Shown here: positions 38,883-49,239 of the stretch, piece after piece | Layout of the letters: the number at the start of each line of letters is the position of its first letter | How positions within the stretch are numbered: position 1 is the stretch's first letter | Origin: a virus | Lineage: Duplodnaviria > Caudoviricetes | Strand: one strand, 5' to 3' | Length of the DNA: 64,000 bases | Virus record (IMG/VR): IMGVR_UViG_3300045595_000041 | Location: 26,206 to 90,205 of that record | Notes under the pieces: model-generated | Databases searched by the model: none | Seen by the model: the letters and a program-made list of their open reading frames with translations, nothing else | What the model was told of the DNA's origin: nothing | Program-made: the position numbers and the translations under genes

Positions 38883-39095
38883 ATGATTAAGTGCCCGTTT
38901 TGCAAATCTAATCCAATTCTTGTAGAAGAGAAAGTAGCAAAAGACAAGAAAGAGCATAAAGAGTATAGACTTAGATGCTCTCATTCATCGGGCTTCAAGA
39001 CTTGCGCATATAAGACTAAAGCTGAAGCTGAAAATCATTGGAACGACATGATGTCAGAATGCATATCTAATCGTATTGCATTAGGAAGAATCTAG
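38883..39095 (+). CDS. Lar (restriction alleviation)-like Zn finger protein
   Basis: IKCPFCKS...C...TKAEAENHWN pattern. Confidence 0.55.
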   Translation: MIKCPFCKSNPILVEEKVAKDKKEHKEYRLRCSHSSGFKTCAYKTKAEAENHWNDMMSECISNRIALGRI

Positions 39096-39194
39096 CACAA
39101 ATAATGCTCTCTTGATTTTACTTTCTTGTCATTGTGTTATATAATATAATTATAAATCAAAAACAAACAAGAAAGTGAATCAGGAGAATACATC

Positions 39195-39368
39195 ATGAAA
39201 CTCAACAAGACTAGAATCAAGCTAATCATTCTTGCTTTTGTAGCATCTATGCTTGTTCTTGCAGTTAATGCTATCCCATCACTATCTGATTCTAAAGGCG
39301 AAGTCAATGCTTTCGCATTGCTAGGCATTTTCTTGTTCTTAGCTGCTTGGAAAGGAAACGAAGACTGA
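39195..39368 (+). CDS. Small two-TM membrane protein (below ORF-track cutoff)
   Basis: AGGAG RBS; MKLNKTRIKLIILAFVASMLVLAV...FALLGIFLFLAAWKGNED. Confidence 0.55.
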   Translation: MKLNKTRIKLIILAFVASMLVLAVNAIPSLSDSKGEVNAFALLGIFLFLAAWKGNED

Positions 39369-41034
39369 TGAATGCTATGACTCAAGACATAGAAGCTAAT
39401 GAAAACGACTGCATCTACTATGACAGTCGCAAATGGCTGAAATGCAATGGTGACAACAACTACTACTGCGACTGGTCTATGCACATCATAAAGATTGCTT
39501 ATGGCAAAGTCTCAGTCAAGAAGACGTATTCAGACCCGCTCAATGGTGAGAAGTACATACGAGAATCTCACTCATACAAAAGCAATGATGGCGAACGTCA
39601 TCAAAGAACTATTCGAAGGTATGTCTCTCAGCTTTGCAAAGGCAAGTACGGATTGCAAGAGCCACATATCAGATTCATCACTCGTGGCAATACAGAAAAC
39701 CCATGGTTCTTCTAGAAGAAAGAGCATGACATGACTAAAGACTATGAAGGACTGCTGAACATCAAGAAGCAAGTAGACAACTTCAAGCGACAGCTGCATT
39801 CATACATTGCAGACTTGATTGATGCAGACGATCTTGCATGCATAGACGACAGCATGCTGCGAATAGAAGGCGTAGTGAATTCTTGCATAGCTGATTGCGA
39901 GGACGAGAATGTTCAGAATGATAACAATGAGAACAAAAGCGATAAGAATGACATTGAAAGCGAGACGTCAGAATGACTAGCAAACGAAAGACATTGAAGC
40001 AGAATCTGAATGAGATGAAGCAGCATATCGAAAGCAGATTCAAAGCAAGCTGCGAAGTCAAGAGCTGCATTCTGTCATTTCAGAAAGATGGCGTCTTGTT
40101 CGTCATAGACAAAGCTAATGACACATGGTTCAAGCTTGAATGCTATTCAGCAGATAGCATGCTTCTTGACAGACCGTTCATGTCAAAGCTTGTAGGATGC
40201 AAAGCATATGACACAGTAGATGCTGTCATTGAGAAAGCTACAGAGTCAGGATGGACAGAATGAAGCTAGACTATGATGTTGCTACAGAGTGCTCTGAGAA
40301 GATAGCTAAGCTTGCTTTCAAGCTAAGGCAGTCTGACTCTGTACTGAACATGCGACTACATGAATACAGCGTCACATTCGATTGCTTCAACATGTCATAC
40401 TGCATTTCATTCTACGACATGTTCGTCAATTCTGACACTCTGCTTGTAGAAGAGTATTTGCGCTCTCTTACACGCAGACATGCAACACTGCCTTGGACAG
40501 ATGAAGATTCTGATGCTAAGATGATACTAGCTCTGATTGACGAATGGAAGTCTAGCTCTGTCTTCTGATATGCATCATCTAGCATAGGAAAGAAGCAATG
40601 AAGCATGCACTAGATTGTTCTCTGATGACTTAGAATCATAGGTATATATAATTATATAGACTATATTCTTGATGTTCACAGAGATAAACGTCGTAACACT
40701 GAGGACACATCAGATTCATATCTAATATATGAAATAGAAAGAAGTCATAGATATGACTAAAGAGACATTGACAAGGCATGACATCAATGACATGATGGAA
40801 GCTTTTGCTATAGTCAATTCAATCAAGACTGACGATGGATACGTTGATGGGCTCAGAAAAGCTTCAGAGGCATTGCGTGACTATGCAGTAAGTCTAGTCG
40901 AATTAGACAATCATGAAGAAGCAGAAATCAGAAAGATGATTGCAGAAAAGACTGAAGACGGTCTAGACACATTCGAAATCATAGAATGCTTTACGACTAT
41001 GCTGAAAGACAAATTCTTGCATGGTTCCATGTGA
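39368..41034 (+). other. Run of small hypothetical ORFs (39368-39715, 39731-39976, 39973-40263, 40251-40568, 40753-41034)
   Basis: Closely packed + strand ORFs with no recognisable motifs. Confidence 0.55.
40609..40694 (-). repeat. 86-bp imperfect palindrome, copy 4 (one end degenerate)
   Basis: ACTAGATTGTTCTCTGATGACTTAGAAT...TATATAATTATATA...GTTCACAGAGATAAACGTCGT. Confidence 0.9.
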
Positions 41035-41096
41035 ATTTTGCATTCGCAATAAGTTGCTATGCGATATGACTATAAGCAAAAAATATTCGGGTCTAT

Positions 41097-41333
41097 ATGG
41101 AAAGCACAATGCATGATAGCAAAACATACTATTCTGGAATATCATTCCTAGAACTGCTTGGCGTAGCATTCATAGTTCTGAAACTGATGCATTACATAGA
41201 CTGGTCTTGGTGGTTAGTGACATTGCCATTGTATGCGCCATTTTTGATCGCGTTAGCTGTATATGCCGTGGTGTTTGTCATCATGATCGTGACAGGCATA
41301 GTGACATTGATCATTGAGAAGCTCTGTGAGTGA
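41097..41333 (+). CDS. Small phage membrane protein
   Basis: GISFLELLGVAFIVLKL..YIDWSWWLV..PL motif, common in phages. Confidence 0.7.
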   Translation: MESTMHDSKTYYSGISFLELLGVAFIVLKLMHYIDWSWWLVTLPLYAPFLIALAVYAVVFVIMIVTGIVTLIIEKLCE

Positions 41334-41821
41334 CAATAAGAAGGCGAATAGACTGTCCACTTTTTCTGCATAGATAGGAGCAATAATATGTTCGATGAAT
41401 TGCTAGACAAGTTCAATACAAAGAGCAAATCATGTTAAGACGTAAACTTAAGCAATATCAAGACAAGGAATCGAAATCAGAATGAAGAAGCAAATAGTAG
41501 AAGTTCATGAAGATGACAATGGCTTCTGGTGCGAAGTCAATGGAATTGTAGTAAGAGCAAGCAATGTCTTTGCTCTAGACAACGAAGTCGACAAGGCTGT
41601 GCATGATCAGCAGCATAGAGACTATCGACTAGTAAGGGAATAGACATGAAAGAATGAGCAATCATGAACACCGACATAGCAGATCTCAGATGGACTCAGA
41701 TCGGAACGCTCAGATTCAGCAATAGAAAGACAATGCAGTTCGAATATCAAGAAGCTCTGCCACTGACTGAGCTCAAGCTTGTCGATATGAATGACGACAA
41801 AGACAAGAAAGCTAAAAGACT

Positions 41822-42142
41822 ATGAAGAACATCACTAGAATCTATGAGATCATGCCTGGAATGCAAGTCAAAGTCAAGGGAGACCCTGTTCTTCACAAAT
41901 GTTTGAGCAATCAAGTCTATGACGAAGACGGTCCAAATGACCCATGGGGAATGAAGCTTGAGCATGCCCCCAGAATGGAATATTATGACTATCTGAAACA
42001 TCGATATGACGAAGACTCTTATTGGGACTATGCATATGCAGAGTGCATCGAATATGCAGTTCCACCAATTCCTCCTGGCTATATCGCAATAGAAGACAGC
42101 TCTAAGACTGTGCAGCTCATTCAAGTAGCATCTGAAAATTGA
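41822..42142 (+). CDS. Hypothetical protein
   Basis: 106-aa + strand ORF. Confidence 0.5.
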   Translation: MKNITRIYEIMPGMQVKVKGDPVLHKCLSNQVYDEDGPNDPWGMKLEHAPRMEYYDYLKHRYDEDSYWDYAYAECIEYAVPPIPPGYIAIEDSSKTVQLIQVASEN

Positions 42143-42254
42143 TGTTAGAAAGCCTTCTCTTGATTTTACTTTCTGCAAAAGTGGTTATATAATATAACTA
42201 TAAGGAAAATAATTCCCTTATACTAAAAGCAAAAATGACAACGAGGAGGACATC

Positions 42255-42488
42255 ATGAAGACATATACCATCACCAAGATTCACAATGGTCGAGAGTACA
42301 GCCAGACAGGAACCGTGGCTGAGCTTACCGAATATTACGGTTACACACTTGAATGCGGAAATTCATGGAACCACAGAATTCCTCTCCAGCCGAAGACAGC
42401 GGTGAGTCTGGTTTCAGCCCTGAACCGCAGTGTCAAGGAAACGCAGGGAAGCAGCTACGATCCTGACGTCTATTACATGGGGGAGTAA
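42255..42488 (+). CDS. Small phage protein, GC-richer composition
   Basis: Promoter at 42162, GAGGAGG RBS; Y..YTLECGNSWN. Confidence 0.65.
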   Translation: MKTYTITKIHNGREYSQTGTVAELTEYYGYTLECGNSWNHRIPLQPKTAVSLVSALNRSVKETQGSSYDPDVYYMGE

Positions 42489-42752
42489 ACGAAATGAGTA
42501 TCTCAAAAGGGAACCACTATCTTGAGACACAGCTGCGGATGGCTTTGATTGACAATCGGCGACTCCGTAAAAAGCTCAAAGAAGCGCAACAGTAGTTGAT
42601 CTCATATATAGCTGCACAACTGGCTATGGCTTCACACGCATATGCTGAGAATCATCACTTTCACTGAAATCATAGCAGTCATGAGAAAGAAAGACTTCAA
42701 GCGAAAGTACAAGCTTTAGGGAAGCGAATACTGCTAAGCATACTATAGATTT

Positions 42753-42838
42753 ACGACGTTGTTCTCTGTGTACACAGAATACAATGTGTATATAATTTAT
42801 AATACTTATACTTAGAGGTTCACACAATTAAACGTCGT
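42753..42838 (-). repeat. 86-bp imperfect palindrome, copy 5
   Basis: ACGACGTTGTTCTCTGTG...TATATAATTTATAA...GTTCACACAATTAAACGTCGT. Confidence 0.95.
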
Positions 42839-42879
42839 TAATCGTAGGATATACCAGATATAGATTTGGGATATGGAAT

Positions 42880-43506
42880 ATGAATGAGCAAAGAAAAGAA
42901 TCAAATCGCAAAGTCATGGAGACAGTGCTGTCTGAGAAGCACTTCCATCATAAGTTCTTGCTGTCTGGCAGCAATGGCAAGCTTGAATTTGATGACGAAG
43001 TCATGCCAGATGAGAAAGAAGTATCGATTCTGTTTCCCGATAAGAACGCATTCATAACGTTTTGGCAGCTTCTATTTGAAGACAATGACCTTCATGATGA
43101 TGACGATGACGTCTACAACACATTGTCTGACTTCGTGGAATTGCTTGACAGACACGACCTTGCTATTTTCCTGATGCCAATTGATGAAGACGAATACGAT
43201 CCGTTCAAGCATGACAATAAAGTCCATAGCTACGCAATAGGTGAATGGACTGAACTAGTCAAGACTGAAAGCGATTGGCGACTGTATAGATTGCTTGATG
43301 GACTTGAGACTACGTTCATCGAGCTTGATGAAGATGAAATCATCAAAATGTATAATTCTATCATGATTGAGCGAGCTATCGTCATGACTACGAAGCAGAA
43401 TCATCCAGCTTCTGAATTCGATACCTTAGCTTCTGAAAGAAAGCATAAGATTGGCAAATATGAGATCGATGGCATGACAGCTACAATGGTTGATTATGAT
43501 GAGTGA
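42880..43506 (+). CDS. Acidic hypothetical protein
   Basis: 208-aa ORF. Confidence 0.6.
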   Translation: MNEQRKESNRKVMETVLSEKHFHHKFLLSGSNGKLEFDDEVMPDEKEVSILFPDKNAFITFWQLLFEDNDLHDDDDDVYNTLSDFVELLDRHDLAIFLMPIDEDEYDPFKHDNKVHSYAIGEWTELVKTESDWRLYRLLDGLETTFIELDEDEIIKMYNSIMIERAIVMTTKQNHPASEFDTLASERKHKIGKYEIDGMTATMVDYDE

Positions 43507-43762
43507 CGACAGACAAGCAGAAGTCTTGATTGACTATTCCAGATTCAAGAATCCTGACATCATCAAAGCTCTGAATGACTTGAGCATAAAGAATCGCAAG
43601 AATGTCGAGACTGTCAAGATGCTAATGAATGTCGATTCAGACTTTGACTTGTACGAAGCAATAGATCACGAGCTTGAAGATCTAGCTGCATATGCAAATG
43701 CACTTGGATGCCATGTCGACATCTTGCTTGACAAAGCAGAAGACAGGAAAGACGACAAGTGA
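43499..43762 (+). CDS. Small hypothetical protein (HTH-like C-terminus)
   Basis: LEDLAAYANALGCHVDI. Confidence 0.4.
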   Translation: MSDDRQAEVLIDYSRFKNPDIIKALNDLSIKNRKNVETVKMLMNVDSDFDLYEAIDHELEDLAAYANALGCHVDILLDKAEDRKDDK

Positions 43763-44045
43763 AAGACTTGCTGACATTATTAGTAGCAATATCTGCAATT
43801 GTAGCTATAAGCTACTACGGCTCATGGATAGACAGATTCAAGTAGACAGGACGAAAATGCAATACTGCAACAATTGTCACATATTCGTAAAGCCTGAATG
43901 GCAGACTCTACACTATGGTCGATTCATAGAAGTCTGTCCATACTGCAAACTGACATTCGTCATCAGTACGCAATATAGAACTAGCAATACTACAAGCATT
44001 TGATTCTTTCATTCATACATATGACGCTGGTATGCCCTGATTGTA

Positions 44046-44131
44046 ACGACGTTTATCTATAGTGACTTCTAGTATCAGGTCTATATAATTATATATGCTA
44101 TATATTCTAAGTCTACAGAGAACAATGTCAT
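44046..44131 (+). repeat. 86-bp imperfect palindrome, copy 6
   Basis: ACGACGTTTATCTATAGTGACTT...TATATAATTATATA...AAGTCTACAGAGAACAATGTCAT. Confidence 0.92.
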
Positions 44132-44237
44132 AACTTTGGCTATCGATTTTACTTTCTTCATTTTATGGTATATAATATAACTATAAGCTAAACAAATAGC
44201 TTGCATTGATGACATGAAAGAATGAAAGGATCGAATC

Positions 44238-45203
44238 ATGAACATTCAAAATCAGAACTACCCGACTTGGCGGCATGACATAGCTCACATATTTCACCCA
44301 TCTGCACAAGCTCCTGATCCAGACAACAAGAAGCACGACACGATCAAGAAAGTTGCAATTGCATCTGGCGTAGTCATTGCTGTAGCAGCAACATGCCTAG
44401 CGATACATTCATATGCTCAGAAGACTGAAGTCGTAGGTCTAAATGCTGCTTTTAGTAGATGCGACAATGAAATGAACTCCTCTTTTAAAGAACTCATCTT
44501 CAGCCCTGACAACTACATGGCATCAACTTCATCAATGTCTCCATACAGCAATACTAAGTACTTCGACTGCATTGCGACTAATCTTGGAGTAGACAAGGGC
44601 AATCTTAAGTCGATAGTACAGCACGATGCTGACAAGGGCAGTGATGAGACTGTAGCCACTGCTGGCTCTAAAGCAGAGCCTCTTGGAGACTATCGGTTCT
44701 TTCTTTTCAAGAACGAATATGGTAAGTATCAATTCGCAGCTATGACAGAAGCGACATATGAGACTAGCTTCAAGCCTGAGCCATCGTCTGATTCTTCATC
44801 TGATTCAGATTCTGATAGCAGTTCTAGCAATGATGACAAGCAAGATGCTTCTCAGCCAGAACCTAGTGATAGTGATGCAACTCCTTCTTCATCGCAATTA
44901 AAAGAGCAGATCATGGACACTTGCTTTGCTGATGTGACTACGTCGCAATACGCTAAGCTTGGCTTCATCAATGACAATGAGCTTGTATGGAATGACTCTA
45001 CTGAAATGGTAGCTAATGGTGCAGATGCTATCAACTGCACTAAGAATCTGATTCATTCCACAGATCAAGACGTGACTTGGTCCCAGCTTATGGACATTCA
45101 TGGTCGTCAAGCACCCTTGATGTTCGTTGGAGCTCGCGGAACCATAGAAATCCAAGATGGAGACAGGCAGGACTCTACTGCAGTGCAAGTCAGTCTGGAC
45201 TAG
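44238..45203 (+). CDS. Membrane-anchored extracytoplasmic protein with Ser/Asp-rich linker
   Basis: KKVAIASGVVIAVAATCLAI TM helix, two Cys-containing domains separated by SSDSSSDSDSDSSSS; own promoter at 44145. Confidence 0.65.
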   Translation: MNIQNQNYPTWRHDIAHIFHPSAQAPDPDNKKHDTIKKVAIASGVVIAVAATCLAIHSYAQKTEVVGLNAAFSRCDNEMNSSFKELIFSPDNYMASTSSMSPYSNTKYFDCIATNLGVDKGNLKSIVQHDADKGSDETVATAGSKAEPLGDYRFFLFKNEYGKYQFAAMTEATYETSFKPEPSSDSSSDSDSDSSSSNDDKQDASQPEPSDSDATPSSSQLKEQIMDTCFADVTTSQYAKLGFINDNELVWNDSTEMVANGADAINCTKNLIHSTDQDVTWSQLMDIHGRQAPLMFVGARGTIEIQDGDRQDSTAVQVSLD

Positions 45204-45324
45204 CATTTAGCGAAATCAATGCGAATATGGCAGCGTTGATGATATAATATAACTATATGGATTTCGTTATAGCGTATGTCTTCCATATGAATCGCATCTA
45301 TTCTACTGAGAAAGGCTGAATGCA

Positions 45325-46368
45325 TTGAGCAATACCATGAAGTTTGAGATAGCTTCTGACGATTTGGGGATCTGGGATGTCTCAGATGTGCAAGATCTCT
45401 ATTCTAGTCTGAAGTCTTCTGCTAAGAGCTACAATGTAGTTCTGCAATACGATGGTGAAGACGGATTCAATTATGCATTCACTGCTGTAGGAGATGGAGA
45501 CGATCTTCTAGCTTTGTATGATAATGCAATTAGATGGTACACGAAAATGTCTGCTGAAGATGCTGCAAGCGAATCAGCTGAAAATGGAGGAATTACTATG
45601 GCTGCTAAGAAGACAGCTGCTGGCGACTTCGACTGGTCTTTGGAGTCATATGACGACCCAGACTATGGCGAGATCAAAGAATGGACATACGACACTGGAA
45701 AAGACGAGTTCACGATTCAGTCGTATGTAGATGAGGATGGCATTGAGCATTTTGATGCTACATCGTCAGTCAATGGTCTGCTTAATGAGAATTTCGGTGT
45801 TTTCGATTCTTTTGAAGAAGCTGAGAATGCATGCTACAATGCTGCAGATCTAGATGATGAGAATGAAGCAGATGACCCATTTGCTACTGAAGCTTCTGCA
45901 AAGAAAGCTTCAGATGGTTGGACAGGCTATCTTACTGTCAAAGATCCAGAGAGTATCTTAGATTCAAAAGTTTATGATAATGGCGATACAGCTAAAATCT
46001 TATATACTGAAGAGTCTGATGAAGTAGAATTATTCGTTATAAATTCTGAAGGTGATGTCATATTCAGAGATAATGGCAATAAGAGCGAAATAGATCAGTT
46101 GAAGAATGAATGGGATGAAAGAGAAACTGATATGACAACTAATGCAAATAAGCAAGCATCTGTAAAGCAAGCACATGATGTATCTAATCTAGATGCAGCT
46201 ATTTCTGCATTGTCTGATCAGTTAGCGCTTGATCCAGATAACGAGCTAGCTGATATGCTTGCAGATCTAGTCGAATACAGAAACGATGAAGCAGACGAGA
46301 CTGTCGAAGATGAAATTGAAGAGCATGGTGGGAATGTTCCGATTACTGAAGACGAAAGTGATTTCTGA
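45325..46368 (+). CDS. Very acidic protein, possibly virion-internal or scaffold-like
   Basis: D/E-rich with KKTA/KKAS/KQAS repeats; preceded by late-type motif, followed by a terminator. Confidence 0.5.
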   Translation: MSNTMKFEIASDDLGIWDVSDVQDLYSSLKSSAKSYNVVLQYDGEDGFNYAFTAVGDGDDLLALYDNAIRWYTKMSAEDAASESAENGGITMAAKKTAAGDFDWSLESYDDPDYGEIKEWTYDTGKDEFTIQSYVDEDGIEHFDATSSVNGLLNENFGVFDSFEEAENACYNAADLDDENEADDPFATEASAKKASDGWTGYLTVKDPESILDSKVYDNGDTAKILYTEESDEVELFVINSEGDVIFRDNGNKSEIDQLKNEWDERETDMTTNANKQASVKQAHDVSNLDAAISALSDQLALDPDNELADMLADLVEYRNDEADETVEDEIEEHGGNVPITEDESDF

Positions 46369-46442
46369 AATGGTGCTGATTCTATTGAATCCGTAGAATA
46401 GAGCATTCGCACTTGACATGACGATGTCATGAAGCCTAGTCT

Positions 46443-46470
46443 AAGCCCAGCCCAATAAGCTGGGCTTTTT
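46443..46470 (+). terminator. Rho-independent terminator
   Basis: AAGCCCAGC-CCAATAA-GCTGGGCTT then T run. Confidence 0.85.
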
Positions 46471-46561
46471 CTATATTCTTTTCATGTCGATTTTACTTTA
46501 TGCATAAAGTGTTATATAATATAACTATAGATTAAAAACAAACCAAAAAAGGAAGTCAATC

Positions 46562-47574
46562 ATGATGTACTATTTCACATTCGGAAGCAAATACGACTAT
46601 GAGCCTCATTCCGTGCTAGGCAACATTAATCCTGACGAAGTTGTTCTTATAGAAGCAGATTCATATGATGAAGCTAGAACTGCAATGCTAGATGTAGTAG
46701 GAACAGAATTTGCTTTCCAATATGAGACTTCTACTATTCCAGACCACGTACTGCTGAAGATAGCAGTAAAGAATGAAAATGGAAAGAAGACATACAGCTA
46801 CGTCCCATTCCCATCTGCTCCAATTATGATCGACAGATATGCTCAGATTGAGAATGCATTTGTTCATGCATGGCCTGGAAAGCATCAAGCAAGTCTTAAG
46901 GATGAAAAATGAGCAACTTTGTCAAGATGTCTAAAATCGAAACAGATTCAAATGGACTGTCTAAAGACACGTGCTATTGGCAATCAATGTATTCGACAGC
47001 ATTGCGATCCGAAGATGAAATTGTCAATTTCTGCAAAGAAGATTTTGTACGGCAGCTTCATCGCAATGGATGCAATGTGACAGAACATGACATATATATA
47101 CAAGTAGACTATGTAGAGCATACTTCGACATTCGTGCTTCTTATAAAGTACATTCCGCGTAAGTCTCTTGTCAATTCACTTGAACGTGATACAGTCTGTA
47201 GCAAGTCATTAGAGCCGATTCAATATACGTCTGATGGTTCTGAACGATATAGATATGCTGGCATCAATCCAAGATTGAATGTATGCGTTTACGTACTAGA
47301 TAAGGATTGACATATGGAAGACTTCAATGTAAAGTACTCAAATCGACAGAAAGGGTATATTGAATATCTGACAGAAAATCCACGTATTGCAGGTTACATA
47401 ATGCGTAGAAAAATTGTGGTCTATGCAGATGAATCTACTGGTGAAAAGCGGTATGGTCGTCGATGGATTATACGTTACGATGACAGTTTTGGCTATAAGA
47501 CTTTGAAAGAAGCTAAGAAAGCAGTAGAAGAAGGAATAATGAATAGAAGTCTGGAGCAATTCACATCATTATGA
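46562..47574 (+). other. Three hypothetical ORFs (46562-46912, 46909-47310, 47314-47574)
   Basis: Promoter at 46489; closely coupled ORFs. Confidence 0.55.
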
Positions 47575-47730
47575 CTAGCTGCGACGATCTTCCGTTCTAT
47601 CGATACATCCAATCTGGCTTCAGCATAGACTACTTGTTCAGAGAGTTAGGCATCAGCTATGAAGAAGCTACTCGCATTGCTGATGACTTCGATGATGCAT
47701 ATTGCAGAGATGTCCTAGACGAATAGATTT

Positions 47731-47816
47731 ACGACGTTGATCCAGATTGACCTAGAATTTGAAGTATATATAATTATATATGCTAGATACTTGATGTTCA
47801 CACGTATAAACGTCGT
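47731..47816 (-). repeat. 86-bp imperfect palindrome, copy 7
   Basis: ACGACGTTGATCCAGATTGACCTAGAAT...TATATAATTATATA...GTTCACACGTATAAACGTCGT. Confidence 0.93.
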
Positions 47817-47861
47817 CATTCTGAAGATATGCAGAGTACAAAGATAGGATATTGATATGAC

Positions 47862-48101
47862 ATGAACATGCTGATTGAAAACGAAGACAGAAAAAGACAG
47901 AAAAAGACGAAAGGACGAAAGATGGTCGCTCTTGTCAAGCCAAATGAAGTAGATGCTAAGGAATTCGACTTCAAGACTAGCTACAGAAGGGACTGGTATG
48001 ACGCAGACCAAGTAGATGACTTTCTAGATGATGTGCATGACACTATACTGGAGCTAGCTAAAGACAACATACGATTGAGAAAGAGGCTTGGAATAGAATG
48101 A
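47862..48101 (+). CDS. DivIVA-domain protein (N-terminal domain only)
   Basis: LVKPNEVDAKEF...RR.WYDADQVDDFLDDV matches the DivIVA signature; true start probably ATG 47921 after AAAGGA. Confidence 0.8.
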   Translation: MNMLIENEDRKRQKKTKGRKMVALVKPNEVDAKEFDFKTSYRRDWYDADQVDDFLDDVHDTILELAKDNIRLRKRLGIE

Positions 48102-48529
48102 CTGAATATATGAGACTATCAGATGCTGCTCAAGAACCGACTAGAAAGCATGCATTTGATGCTGGTTCTGATCTGCATTCTTCTGAAGACACTGCAATTG
48201 AACCTGGACAATACAAGCTTGTCCATACAGGTATTGCTATCAGACTAGACCAGAACAAAGTAGCAATGGTAGTTCCACGATCTGGTCTAGCTATCAAAAA
48301 CGGAATCACAGTAATGAATTCTCCAGGAATCATAGACTCTGGATACAGAGGAGAGCTTCTAGTCAATCTTGTCAATCACAGCAATGAAGTCTTCGAAATC
48401 AAGACTGGCGACAGAATCGCTCAGCTTCTCATCATGTCTGTAGACTTGTCAGGCTGGGAAGAAGCGGAAAGCCTAGAGAAGTCTGAAGATGGAAGAGATG
48501 CATCTGGATTCGGATCTACAGGAATCTGA
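48098..48529 (+). CDS. dut: Trimeric dUTPase
   Basis: DAGSDL, PRSGLA, NSPGIIDSGYRGE, GDRIAQL, R...GFGSTG. Confidence 0.95.
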   Translation: MTEYMRLSDAAQEPTRKHAFDAGSDLHSSEDTAIEPGQYKLVHTGIAIRLDQNKVAMVVPRSGLAIKNGITVMNSPGIIDSGYRGELLVNLVNHSNEVFEIKTGDRIAQLLIMSVDLSGWEEAESLEKSEDGRDASGFGSTGI

Positions 48530-48587
48530 TTGCAATTGCATGAAATGCTATGTCTTATAATCAAAAAGCTTAGAAAGGCAAACTGAA

Positions 48588-49058
48588 ATGAAGCACACTT
48601 TAAGAATCAACATGAAGAACAATGTGAAAGATGGAGATGAAGTTCATGTCTTCTTGCACGACTTGAATGTTGATTTCATGTTCGACAGAGAATGCGAGAT
48701 CTATGCAAAATACTTTGCGCATCTTGAAGATGGAGTCATCTACGTTGGCGAATGCAATATAGACAATCTATACGATCAGAATCATGCACCGAAGCATGGA
48801 GCTTATGCAGAGTTCTTGTTTGCTACTAGAGATAAAGAAGATGATGAAGAAGACAGTCTTCTTTCAAGAGAAGACATCTTGACTCTGTTCAAGAAAGAAG
48901 ACGGATCTGTATGGTTCATCAGCAGAGACAACCATCCGATTCTTCTTCATGGAGCTCGTGGCAATGTCACTGCTAAATACGCTAGACAATGCATTGACTC
49001 TTATGGCTTCCCTGGAGGAAAAAGTCATTACAAGAGGTTTGATGTATCTCTTAAGTAG
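48588..49058 (+). CDS. Hypothetical protein
   Basis: 156-aa ORF with AAAGG RBS. Confidence 0.55.
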   Translation: MKHTLRINMKNNVKDGDEVHVFLHDLNVDFMFDRECEIYAKYFAHLEDGVIYVGECNIDNLYDQNHAPKHGAYAEFLFATRDKEDDEEDSLLSREDILTLFKKEDGSVWFISRDNHPILLHGARGNVTAKYARQCIDSYGFPGGKSHYKRFDVSLK

Positions 49059-49239
49059 CATTCTGCAAAGAAAGCAATTTAGCATGTTCTCATGAATCAC
49101 AGCAAAAGCCCAGTATGCGAAAAGCATTGAGAGCCATTCACGTTAATATACATTTGGTTAATAATCCTATATCCCAGTTTTAAGCTGTTTCCTAGAAGCA
49201 CTATGGCAAGACTGCATGCTGTAAGATATATTCATTCAT

